DNA of 63,939 nucleotides, counting the filler, from Lenisia limosa (Eukaryota; Protista; Breviatea), in the NCBI GenBank assembly GCA_001655205.1. It is 11 parts of 11 records of this genome, joined end to end, with 100 filler letters (N's around TTAATTAATTAA, not from the genome) between each part and the next. Parts side by side here need not be neighbours in the genome. Positions count along the whole stretch, not along the records: positions 7,792 to 15,329 come from LPNZ01008085.1; positions 15,430 to 19,678 come from LPNZ01004076.1; positions 19,779 to 34,317 come from LPNZ01007899.1; 8 more parts are not named here. The stretch is one strand, 5' to 3'. Shown piece by piece: positions 9,398-20,090 of this stretch. The notes beneath the pieces were generated by a model, which saw nothing but the letters and a program-made list of their open reading frames with translations, was not told the origin of the DNA and searched no databases. The translations under genes were made by a program, and so were the position numbers. Within the stretch, counting starts at the first letter, position 1; each line of letters starts with the position of its first letter.

Positions 9398-12300
9398 GAG
9401 TATCCATCCACGGAGCAGATGATTTCGGGCTGCCGGTTCTCATAGCGGCGTGTTACCTCATTTCAACGTCTAACCTTTCCGCTTTTGAGTAGGTCGTGTA
9501 ATGGGGTTTATAAACACGGCTTCACTTTGGTTTGATACCTCTCAATATACCGAGATATTTTTACAAAATTGCGTAACTATATTTGATTTTCTACTTGACT
9601 TGTAACAAACGAAGACAGTAATGGCCTCAGTGCTTCACTCACCAAAATTTGTTAATCGCTACGAGGCTTTATTGAAAACTCTAGCAATTTTCGTGTGAAA
9701 CGTGAATAGTGAAGCTTTGCAGAGGAGTGTGTGTGGGAGATAACTATTAATAATATAAATGATACTATTATATGATATTTATATATGATATATATCTAGA
9801 TATGTATGTATATATCGATATATATTTATATTGATATCATGTTAAGATACATCAGCCCTACCCTCTTTTGAATGGAATGACCTTTACGATTGCAGAGCAC
9901 TTGCGTTGTGTCTTCGGACAATTCACCCTGAAAAGTGGACGCGAAAATCAGCGAAAGGTTAGTGGGGACTGCACATTCATGCTCAATCAAACCACACTAT
10001 ATTCTGCATTCAAGAGGACCTTTAAACTAGAGTTTCACATCTGTAAAACACTGATATTTGTATCGAGAATTCAGTCTTTTTTGGAACCGCAAGTGAAGCC
10101 CAACTTTAAACTGATGTTTTTGCTTGATATGATGGATTTAGATCCTGCAGCCTGGGTCAAGAGCATTGGAGGGGTTTCTGATACTATTGTTAGAACAGCC
10201 TCAGTAGGGGGGGGGGGGNNNNNNNNNNNNNNNNNNNNNNNNNNNNNNNNNNNNNNNNNNNNNNNNNNNNNNNNNNNNNNNNNNNNNNNNNNNNNNNNNN
10301 NNNNNTTTGGTGAGATTGTTAAGTAATACACTTCATATCTTTTTTTTCTTTGCAATATTGCCTTGCGTGTGTTGTTTTTCTGTATATTTTCTTCGTTCTG
10401 TTTTTTTTTTGTTTTCTTATATGTTGCTGTTTCTTTTTTATTTTATTTGTGTATGTAGTAGTAGTTGTATTACCTTGGAGGGTAAAGAGATATTTTGTGT
10501 TGAATGTTTCGAAATGGTGCTTTGGGGGATCTGCTGAGATGGTCCCCAGATTCTTATATTTCTGCCTTCTTGTTTGACTACAAGATAGCCCATAATTGGC
10601 TATTATGGTTTCTTATTGTGGGATTGACTCAAATATGGTTTCTTATTATGTGATTGACTCAATAAGTCGTCCCCCCTGAGTGCAATCACCAACATGAGTG
10701 CGATTACCCACCTGAGTGCGATCAAATGCCCAGTTTTATTGAAAAAGTGTCTTTTTATTGACCCCTTTCTTCGTTTATTAAGTTACAGCAAGGAAGGTAT
10801 AAAGAACAAGTTCCAAAAGCATTATTTATGTAAGTAAACTGTATTTAAGAAGCTATTAACGTTCGCCACGACCACGGCCATGTCCACATCTACGTCCACG
10901 TCCCGCTGAAACAGTCTTTAGAACAGTGTTAGCACGTTTAGCTCCATTTTTAATTGCCTCAGCTTCATCATTTGCTCTTTTCTTCTGCTTTGTGTTCCTT
11001 TCAGCCTCGACTTCAGCCTGCTTTCTTGCAATAAGAAGCTCCTTGAAAGCCTCTTTTTCTGACAGCGGGACAATGTAATCACCTCTACCTGTTGTTGGCA
11101 TTTCTTCGTCCAAGTGAGCAGTAGGGTCATCAGAGTACATAGCCCAGGGTAATTGATTTTACAATTTCAATTTTTCATGATTCTTCAGAGCTTCAGACTG
11201 TTTCAAATCGGCAAAGTCCCTAACGCTTGCCACATGTTCTGCATCATTCAAGTCACCATGCTTGGTAATTTCTATGAACTTCAGTGTTCGCGGATATGTA
11301 ATTTCCAAATATTCGAGCGATTCTGGATGAGGTGGGGTAAGAGGGTTGGAATTACTCTGATGATTGTGAGTTCTGATCAAGACAGCAGCAGGATTAATAA
11401 ACAACTGGTTATTGACAATTTTGATCCCAACAGAATAAAATCCAGAGCGAACTGTACTGTCATCTCGTCTTACTTTATCTGAAAGAATCAAATGTTTGTA
11501 CGTTTCCTCATTTTTAAGACGGCGTCCGCTTGGAACTGCCCAGGCAGGAAAACCTTGAAAAACACATTCTTTGACAGAACTGAGATGACAAATTCCCATT
11601 CAACACCCAAAGACTTCACAATGACCGAAACTGGTTCAGGGGGTAAATTCGAGAATCTCATTGAAATAATCGCTTCCTCAACAGTTTTTAAACAGCCAAA
11701 ATCATAATTTTTCCAGGAATCATTGTAAAAAGAACGATTTATTTCAACCTAATGTGTTTAATCAATACAAAAAGGAAACCCAGCATTGTTTTTGAAAGAA
11801 AAAACGGTTGAAGTTGGATTCGAACCCTTGACTACTACGCCACAGCGGGATTATAACCAACTGGGCCAGACGCGCACGTAAATTATTTATCATTTTCAGG
11901 GATTCCAGTGTAAAGGAGGCATACTTAAATACCAAAAATCAGTACAATAAAAATAACCAAGATTAACACGACTTAGGCTCACTAACATTATAATTATGTG
12001 ATCGCACTCAGGGGGGACGACTTATACATGTAGTTTCTTTCAATAATTCTGTCTAGTCTTTGTTTGACCTCAATTCTGCCAACTCTTTGTTTGACCTCTT
12101 TTCCCCCTTTTATACACTATATAATAATACATTATATACTATATTATCCCCACTCATAGACCCTAACCCCCTAGTATGTCTATCACGCCACGCACAACTC
12201 TGGAGTTCTTCCTAATCCCCTCCCTCTGACCCTCCGCCGCATCACAGCCCTCCCGATACCCCAGATTAATGGAGGTCTGGGGGTATAAACTGATTGGGTG

Positions 12301-15021
12301 AATTGAAGTAAGGTTAATGGAGGTCTGGCCGAAATTTCGACTATGGTCCAAAAATCCGACTTAGGATTCTGGTCTGGTCCTAGTAGATATATACACGATT
12401 CCCGCACTGGAAATATATCTCTTTTCATTGTTGATCCGGTTTTGTTTTGAGATGCTTGGACAAACAACATTGTTGATCTGGCTTTGGTTGGAGAATCTTG
12501 GACAAACAACATGGGTATATACAAATCGTTTAAGGTTCGAAAAAGACCTGTAAAATATCGGTAGATTTCGAGTATTTATCGAGAAATTCAGTATTTTTTC
12601 GAACCGAAGTGAAGACCTCATGGTGATTTCCTCATTAAAATCGGTCAAGTGATCGCAGTCACTTTATTTTAGTTTGTGTTTGCTCACCTCTCACCATCAT
12701 TGCTCTCTGAATTATATGAATGCATCCCAACATATGTTAGTTTTTAACATGGATGGCTTGCTCCTCTCTCACGAGTTAGTTCCCATTACTCCTTTGATTG
12801 AAATTCGGTCAAACAAGGGCCTCATATATTCGTCAAAAGTAGGGGGGATAATGAAATGTTCTGGGCAGGCACGCAGAAAGCGTTGCAAGGTACAATATCA
12901 CTTATCAGCGNNNNNNNNNNNNNNNNNNNNNNNNNNNNNNNNNNNNNNNNNNNNNTTTATATAGCTACATACATATGTTTAGATTTATGTTAATAACATG
13001 TTCAGTAATAATACTTCCTGATCGGAGTTTTCCTGAGTGCCTCAAGTTTATTTTTTTATGACTTTTCTGAGAGCCTCAAGATACCTTGGTTTCAATTTTT
13101 GGAAAAATAATAAGATGACCTTTCATATTCGAAGTATTTAAGGTCTTCTTACGCAGTCGAGAAAGCATTAATGCGTCAAGGCCTATTTTTCATAAGTTTC
13201 TGTTACTTCCTCCCCTCCCCGTCCAAACTCTCCACTCACACACTCACATTCCCACTTCACCCCTCTCAAGGTAGCCGAGGCGCAAGCAGCATCTTTCAAC
13301 GAGGAACTGATCATCAGTGGGTTGGATAATATTGATGGCATTACAGAGTATTATACATGCAGCTGTATCATATGATACGTTATTATTCGATGTTGTATTT
13401 GTTTGTTAAAATAATTATCCCTACAACTACGGTTTCACTTTGGTTCGAAAAAAGACTGAATTTTTCGAAAAATACTCGAAAACTATCGATATTTTCCCGA
13501 ATCGAAGTGAAGCCCTACCTACAACCTATGGCTTTACTTCAAAAATAAACTAAAAATGGCCCTTAATGTCCTCCAATTATTACAGTATAGCTGCTTGTAA
13601 CTGAGTTGTATATCATATTACAGTAGTTATTATACATATAATACATGTATATGTGGGTCCTCAAAGCTCCGGACATCATTCAGAATTCCCGGACACATCA
13701 AAACTCCNNNNNNNNNNNNNNNNNNNNNNNNNNNNNNNNNNNNNNNNNNNNNNNNCTCTTTTAGTGTTAAGAAACAAAAATTTATACCCCTCGGAGTAAT
13801 TGGTTCCGGGTTCCCATTTGCTTTGGCTATGTAATGGTGAATTTTGAGGAAAAAAATGCTAAAAATAGCACTGTCTACCGGGGTAAACTTTCCCGGATAG
13901 TAAACTTTCCCGGATAGTTGCCATTTATTCCTTGAATGTGGCCTTTTATAACGGTTTTTGCTTGTTTTTGACCGTTTTTTGACCGTAAATTGAGAGCTTA
14001 GGTAAATTGGGGTTTCATTATTTGATTAAGATTGAGATTACTTTCAAAAACAGAAGGGAAATAGGGTTTCTGGGTGGTTTATGGTGATTTTGTATGGAAA
14101 ACTCAAGCTGTCCGGGAGTTTTGATATGTCCGGGAATTTTGAATGATGTCCGGAGCTTTGACTATACATATACATGTATATATATGTTATATTATATTAT
14201 ATGACAGGAAAATTGAGGTTTATCGTAAAAAGTCTCTTATAAGACCCTTATAACCATATAGCCCTGATAAGCTCTTACAATGTCTCTTATAATGGACAAA
14301 AAAATGAAAACCCTTGTCATACCTTATAAAGACCCTTAATATAACCTTATCATAAATATCCCCATGCAGTGTGGATGGAATTACATAGTATACATGTATA
14401 AAGTGCTCCAAAATTTGTAATGGGAACTCCATTTCAGACACACTAATTTCAAACTTTATGAACTAATTTTAAAACAGTAATTGCACGGAGTTCTATGTAT
14501 AACCCTCATGCAGTTGACGAGTCGTCAATGGGCTTCACCACAAACACGAGCATCAAGGGCGACTTCTCTATTAAACTCAGGTGGGAACGGTTTCTCTCTT
14601 AATCCACCCTTCTGTGCAGTTAATTCATAACTTAATATCCATATTTAATGTGGGACATAAATGTATTGTAAACAGAGCTTCATTCCAGACTTAATTTTGT
14701 CAATTTCGTCAAACATAATGAAATGACAAGTTTCGTCTTTTACCGTCATCGCTATTTATCCTCTTTTACTTTCATCACTATTTATTAGGGCTCCGTGCAA
14801 TTAATTGACAAAATAATTGCAAAAAATAAAGTGGACATATTGTCACTAGAACCCCTTTTCAGACACTTTAATTTCTAATTTTGTCAAATTAATTGCACGG
14901 AGCCTACAATTTATCCTCTTTTACCCTCATCACCATTTAGCTATGTGACAGGATCGGGCAAGTCTCGCCCCCTCCTGATGTACACTAATCACACCGCTTT
15001 CATGGAGCCTTCTCTATATAG
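9398..15021 (+). CDS. PTEN-like pseudophosphatase plus tensin-type C2 domain protein (partial; more exons probably at 8360-8670)
   Basis: Exons VSIHGADDFGLPVLIAACYLI (P-loop position), VLHSPKFVNRYEALL (PSQxRY-like), PITPLIEIRSNKGLIYSSK, TSIKGDFSIKL and SGKSRPLLMYTNHTAFME follow the order of PTEN/tensin C2 motifs (KIYSS...GDIKVEF...NTFFI). Confidence 0.55.
10028..10103. mobile_element. MITE family A copy with perfect 8-bp TSD
   Basis: CTTTAAAC|TAGAGTTTCAC...AAGTGAAGCCCAA|CTTTAAAC. Confidence 0.85.
10665..12022 (-). mobile_element. TA-flanked TIR transposon with a decayed pogo/Fot1-like ORF
   Basis: 25-bp TIR AGTCGTCCCCCCTGAGTGC(A/G)ATCAC at both ends with TA on each side, and subterminal TGAGTGCGAT repeats. 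ORFs 11599-11159 and 11140-10856 are in the same frame, split by one TAA. STVRSGFYSVGI and a basic coiled-coil tail resemble DDE_1/pogo transposase C-termini. Confidence 0.75.
11805..11877 (-). pseudogene. tRNA-derived sequence (Pol III A/B boxes), not a foldable tRNA
   Basis: The minus strand reads TGGCCCAGTTGG (A box) ... CGCTGTGGCG ... GGTTCGAATCC (B box) ... CCGTTTTTT. Acceptor, anticodon and T stems do not pair properly. Confidence 0.6.
12531..12620. mobile_element. MITE family A copy, degenerate left end
   Basis: Interior ATCGAGAAATTCAGT and right TIR TTCGAACCGAAGTGAAGACC. Confidence 0.65.
13428..13517. mobile_element. MITE family A copy with perfect 8-bp TSD
   Basis: CCTACAAC|TACGGTTTCACTTTGGTTCG...CGAAGTGAAGCCCTA|CCTACAAC. 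Confidence 0.9.
13661..14164. mobile_element. Non-autonomous TIR element (~0.5 kb, ~45-bp TIR)
   Basis: TCAAAGCTCCGGACATCATTCAGAATTCCCGGACACATCAAAACTCC at 13661 and its reverse complement ending GGAGCTTTGACTA at 14164, followed by TA. Confidence 0.75.
14786..14906. mobile_element. MITE family B (hAT-like), second copy at 35378-35499
   Basis: TIR (T/C)AGGGCTCCGTGCAATTAAT; flanks CTATTTAT/CAATTTAT match at 7 of 8 positions. Confidence 0.82.
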
Positions 15022-15542
15022 GTAGGGAGTGGCGTTATCATAATTTCTCATTGCTATAGAGTATGTATAATATTTGTATGATGTATTACTATTTTCAACA
15101 GGTGGTGGGCATTTTTGTAGTGTATTAGGATTTTGCTGATACTATATGTATTGTATAATACATGTAGGGCTTTAGGGCTTCTCTCAGCTATAATTTGATA
15201 TGCTTCGACAGCTTACCCATCTTTTTTCTTTCTGTATAAAGCCCTAAATACATATTTATTATATGCTGCAGCGCAGAAACCGTGTCATTTTTGCGATATC
15301 GTGTCATTTTTTATTTTTGATGTTTTTTTNNNNNNNNNNNNNNNNNNNNNNNNNNNNNNNNNNNNNNNNNNNNTTAATTAATTAANNNNNNNNNNNNNNN
15401 NNNNNNNNNNNNNNNNNNNNNNNNNNNNNATGAAGGACATTTTGATGGGGGAGAGCCCTCCTGCATGTATGACTATATATGATATTACATGTAGTATGTA
15501 TATGATATATGACATAATGTTTAATACCCCCCCCCACCTGGA

Positions 15543-17775
15543 TTACGTACTCAATTGCGTTGACGCGCCGATTAGTCAGTCGGATCGCTTCATCCAAAGT
15601 CAAGAAGCCTGTCTACAGGAATAAGATATTGAATCCTGGGGGTGCGGTTGTTTAATTGGATGCTCCTATAGGGGTGGGATCACTTTGTATTTTTTAAAAC
15701 TACAACCGCTGCCACCCCCTTTTTAGATGAGCATACCTTTTCGCCAACCCCCCACCTGCAAAGTGGCTAGTTTGATGATGGACTTCAGTGCGACAGAATA
15801 GGCCTCCCTGGTCTTGGCAATTTGCTGTCCTCCTCTACTCAGCCCCGTGAGAGCTAATTCCGAGCCTGGGGGGGGGGGGTAAAATTGGAAAATTTATTAA
15901 ACAAAATAAAAGCCTAAAATCAAGTCAGTTAGGTTAGTCAGAGATTTGGTTGGGTTGTGTTAGTTCCAAGCCTGTGGAATGTCAACTTTCACAATCCCTC
16001 TCCAAGTTGTCAATTTTCAACTGTGAAGAAAATTGAAACCATGAAAACGGAAAATGTGTACATTTGTTGGTTAGAGCTATTACCGCCCAAAAAAAAACAC
16101 CTCTGTTAATATGTTTGTAGTACCAGAAGAAATGGTAAATATATGTGCCAATTTTCAATTTTCAAATTTGTAATTTTTTTTTATGAAAATTGAATTCCAA
16201 ATTATGGGAGGTTCTATATGAATATAGTAAAGTTCAACGCTAAACTCTATGTATTGAAAAAGTGATATTGTATGATGCATGTTTAGGGCTTCCCTCCGGT
16301 CTGAAAAAAGATAGGTAACATATCGATATTTATCGAAGGTTTATCGAGGATTTATCGAGATTTCAGACATTTTTGGGACCGGCCTCATGTATACCTCCCC
16401 TCTTACTCTCTTTCGAATCCTGACTGATCTCGAAAACTGGAATCTGGAGTGTGAGAAAAAAAAAAATAATTTGAGATTATACACAATGACCAGGATAAGT
16501 CTTGACCGATTGTCCTTCGGAAATCATGTAGCTTATCCCGGTCACTGTATTGTTTGTTGTTGAATAGCCAAAATCATCACAACAACATCATAGCCCCTTA
16601 AGGTATTCGCTATGGAATTACTACTACCTTCATGCAAATCTTCCTTATCAAAATTTCCTTCGTTTACCCCCCCCCCCCNNNNNNNNNNNNNNNNNNNNNN
16701 NNNNNNNNNNNNNNNNNNNNNNNNNNNNNNNNNNNNNNNNNNNNNNNNNNNNNNNNNNNNNNNNNNNNNNNNNNNNNNNNNNNNNNNNNNNNNNNNNNNN
16801 NNNNNNNNNNNNNNNNNNNNNNNCCTTCCCAGACCTTAACACCCGCGACGTTCTCGGAAGTTGCGGTAACAGTAGTGGTGGCGTCAGCTACCGACTCCAT
16901 CACTGAGTGGCTAAAATGGTCAATTAAGCTAGAAAAACGTCAATTAAGCTGAAAAATGTCAATTAAGAGAGAAAAAGGTAAATTAAGAGAATTACTAAAA
17001 AGAAAATGACTGTAAATATAGGTGGTGATGTCCCTTAAGTTTGATCCAATTTACTAAAACAGGATAAAACTAGTTTGAATTGTAGACCAGCATTAAAAGA
17101 GTTACTCTCCTTTCCCTTGCCTTCTTTTGAGGTCCCTCTTTTTCTTCCCCCCCAAGTCTACTGATTGTATTTTAAAACGAGAATAGTTTTTCTGAAGACT
17201 AGATATGCTACACGCTACCTCCCCTGAATATTTCCCCATCTCGGATTAACGACATTCGCAACACATCTCAGAAACTCCCAGTACCCCCTTCATCAAATTC
17301 TCCCAGTACCCCCTTCATCAACATCTCTCAGTCACGTCATCTTCATCACCATCTCTCAGTCACGCCTCATTCATCACCATCTCTCAGTCACGCCTCCTTC
17401 ATCACCATCTCCTCCATCTCACACCTCCACCAACTGCAAATGTCTTCCTGTCGAATATTGAGCTTGTGAGAGAGTAAACGCGGCGTCAGAAAACCTCGGT
17501 CCAAGGTTGTCTTTCTCCTTGAGGATGAGAAGGGGGAAGCGAGATTGGCATTCCGTATCCTTCACCTCCACTCAAACCTCTTTGATGCTTCGAACAATCT
17601 GACGAAAACGCTGAGTGAGCGCGTCACTCTTCTGTTTCAGAAGCTTGTGTCCCTTCTTAGCTCCCACCAGTCGATTTTTCATCACTGTTAGGTTCCTAAA
17701 ATGTTAAAACATACATATTAGCTCGATAACCCACATCCTGGTGGGGAAAACGGGATACCGCCGTTTATCTGACAT
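15543..17775 (-). CDS. ATP6V1D: V-type ATPase subunit D; 3' end truncated
   Basis: MSDKRRYPVFPTRM / NLTVMKNRLVGAKKGHKLLKQKSDALTQRFR / AAFTLSQAQY / SENVAGVK / LTGLSRGGQQI...IIKLATLQ / TGFLTLDEAIRLTNRRVNAIEY. Confidence 0.97.
16284..16385. mobile_element. MITE family A copy (CCCT subvariant)
   Basis: TAGGGCTTCCCTCCGGTCTGAAAAAAGA plus repeated TTTATCGA. Confidence 0.65.
16484..16547. mobile_element. MITE family C (Tc1/mariner-like); copies also at 46423-46496 and 48081-48158
   Basis: TIR (C/T)AGTGACCGGGATAAGTCTTGACC. The right end reads GGTCACTG|TA. Confidence 0.75.
17270..17415. repeat. Degenerate ~30-bp tandem repeat in a V-ATPase D intron
   Basis: About 4 copies of TTCATCACCATCTCTCAGTCACGCCTC. 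Confidence 0.75.
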
Positions 17776-18031
17776 CGTGCTCAGTTATTTGCTATAAAGC
17801 TTGATTTAAATAAGTCACAACAAATAATTCTCTCTTTCTCAAACAACTTGGAGAGTCAAACAAGCGCAGAAACAATTTTTTCTCAAAAGAGGAATGTTAA
17901 TATATCGAAATCATTCGAAATCATTCAGTAACTTTTTCATACTCCGATTTTGTCATCCTTAGGAGCGGGCACAGGAGTTAGAAGCCTTTTGTTTGCGTAA
18001 AATAGAGCATTTCTTGTAAATAGTTGTCATA

Positions 18032-19513
18032 ATGGGGACTCCGTCTGTAGTCTCCACTAAGGCGGCTGAATCGGCAATCACTTACAAATCCACTTCCAAA
18101 GCGAGTGCGGTTGTTAGCGCTCATATGGCGACTCAGTATGCATGTTCACAATAGAGGATGTAAAATTTCCGAGCTAATTCCTGTTTAGAGTCGTGGAACA
18201 AATGACCTTCCCCCCAAAGAACTTTTTCAATGAGTTTCTGGATGACGACTTAGAGGAAGCATATAGAGCCTTCAACAAGGTTAGTAGGAAAAGGAGTAAT
18301 TGCATTTTGCTTTTGATTATTATCGAACTTAACCTCACTAGGGAGTGATTTCCAAGTTCATTCGACCTGTTTTGACCGTATTTTCGTGGTTTCTCTTCAT
18401 CTCAACAATCGCACTACTTCCAGGAGCAGGCTCCGACCACACTATGGTCTATCCAATCGCTTACTTTGTTGTTCTAGTCTACACGGTGTTCGTGCGGTGG
18501 ACTGTGAGGCATTCAACGCTTTCAAGTTTGTTGGGTTCTTGGGCTTGCTCTTCATACCTCCATTCCGCCGACTTTGGTCCCTTTTTTAACCTGCTTTTTT
18601 TTTATTTTGGTTCTCTGTGAGAGTCTGAGCTTCGGATTGAGCAGATATTTTTTTTGACTTTTCTACCTTGACCATCTCAACTCGAACTCTGTTCTTGCTT
18701 GGTTTACCCGAAAATTGGATTCGATTTGGGGATTGTTTGTTGTGATCTTTTTGGACCGATATTCCCTCAAGGTTTCCCCTTTTCTTCGGTCTTAGGGAAG
18801 CTAAGGGAAGCTTGTGGGCGTATGGTGGCAGATTTGGAGGGCAGATGGGGAAGGCGTTGTTGCTGAGGCTCTCAGAACATCGTTGGTCCTTTGGCTTGGT
18901 TTTTCTAGTTGCTCTCTCCAGCGGCTGTGTGGCCGGGTTTTGAGAGGTTTATTTTGTTGGTGTTATGTCAATAAGTGGCCGTCTGAGGCTTTTGTGGCTG
19001 TTGGAGTTGACGATGTTGAGTTTTTTTCTACCTTCGGCCCAATTTTTTCCTAAAATCAGGCCGTTCTCTGGCCTCTTCTGTCCGGGCGGTTGTTGCTCTG
19101 CTGAGATTCACTTAGTCGTTGCTGGTTATTGCCCAATATTGTCGGGAAGCGTTGGTTATCTTCCGACATTTTTTTCTCCCCTTGATCTCGAAGTTTATCA
19201 GTGAATTGAATTTGATCTCTTACAAAAGCTTATTGTATTTTTGTTTTTTTTCACTTCCTTTTGCGATGATTGTTGGTTTCAAATGTTTAGGCAGGATGGA
19301 ATTGTTGTGGGAGATGGGGGTTGTGTTCATTATTATCATGATTTGGGTTCTTGGGCTTTTTATTTTATTTTGTTAAATTATCCCATTTCATCCCCTCTCC
19401 CCAGACCACACAAACGCGCTCTCATCCGGGGTGGCTATCGGATTGAATATTGCCACCACGCTGCCGACGTTCTTCGACTGGACTCTTGAAGCCACCTCCA
19501 TCACGCCCGTCAG
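18032..19513 (+). CDS. Multi-pass membrane protein, partial; N-terminus resembles the TM module of membrane cyclases/PDEs
   Basis: MGTPSVVSTKAAESAITYK / NFFNEFLDDDLEEAYRAFNK / GVISKFIRPVLTVFSWFLFISTIALL...YPIAYFVVLVYTVFVRW. The F.D..LE..Y motif precedes hydrophobic helices. No catalytic domain is seen before the scaffold ends. Confidence 0.4.
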
Positions 19514-19536
19514 AGTATGGGGGGGAGGGGTGTATG

Positions 19537-19631
19537 TAAGGCTTCCCTCCCAAAAAAGACGGAATTTCTCGATAAATCCTCGAAAAATATCGATATTTTA
19601 CTGGTCTTTTTCGGACCGTAGGGAAGCCCTA
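19537..19631. mobile_element. MITE family A copy (CCCT subvariant)
   Basis: GGTGTATG|TAAGGCTTCCCT...GTAGGGAAGCCCTA|GGTTTATT; TSD matches at 6 of 8 positions. Confidence 0.8.
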
Positions 19632-20090
19632 GGTTTATTTTTCAAATTAAGGGTATGTGTGTGTGTGGGGGGGGGGGGNNNNNNNNNNNNNNNNNNNNNN
19701 NNNNNNNNNNNNNNNNNNNNNNTTAATTAATTAANNNNNNNNNNNNNNNNNNNNNNNNNNNNNNNNNNNNNNNNNNNNGAATTAATGACACGGTTTCTGA
19801 ATTAATGACACGGTTTTGGTGCAGCAGCATATATATATCTGTAAATAATTGTGCACTTTAACCATTTCAGAGCGAGCAATGCAAGAAACACAGCATTACT
19901 CTAAAATGCTTCATGAAATGCAAGCCAGTTTAGGTTGGAGGATGATTGCTGGGTACTCTTTTAAGAGGGGGGGGGGGGGTCAGAAAATNNNNNNNNNNNN
20001 NNNNNNNNNNNNNNNNNNNNNNNNNNNNNNNNNNNNNNNNNNNNNNNNNNNNNNNNNNNNNNNNNNNNNNNCTTGGAGCTGAGAGGGCTG

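Noticed and set aside
11159-11161. TAA/TAG reassigned to Gln
   Set aside because: AP1M ends with TAA right at the conserved C-terminus, conserved Gln residues use CAA/CAG (YDRQ, DGQ), and no homologous exon needs read-through. The in-frame TAA is a mutation in a dead transposon.
11805-11877. Functional tRNA-His gene
   Set aside because: The acceptor, anticodon and T stems cannot pair, so it is kept only as a tRNA-derived sequence.
12160-12175. Telomere-like CCCTAACCC
   Set aside because: It is a single unit with no array.
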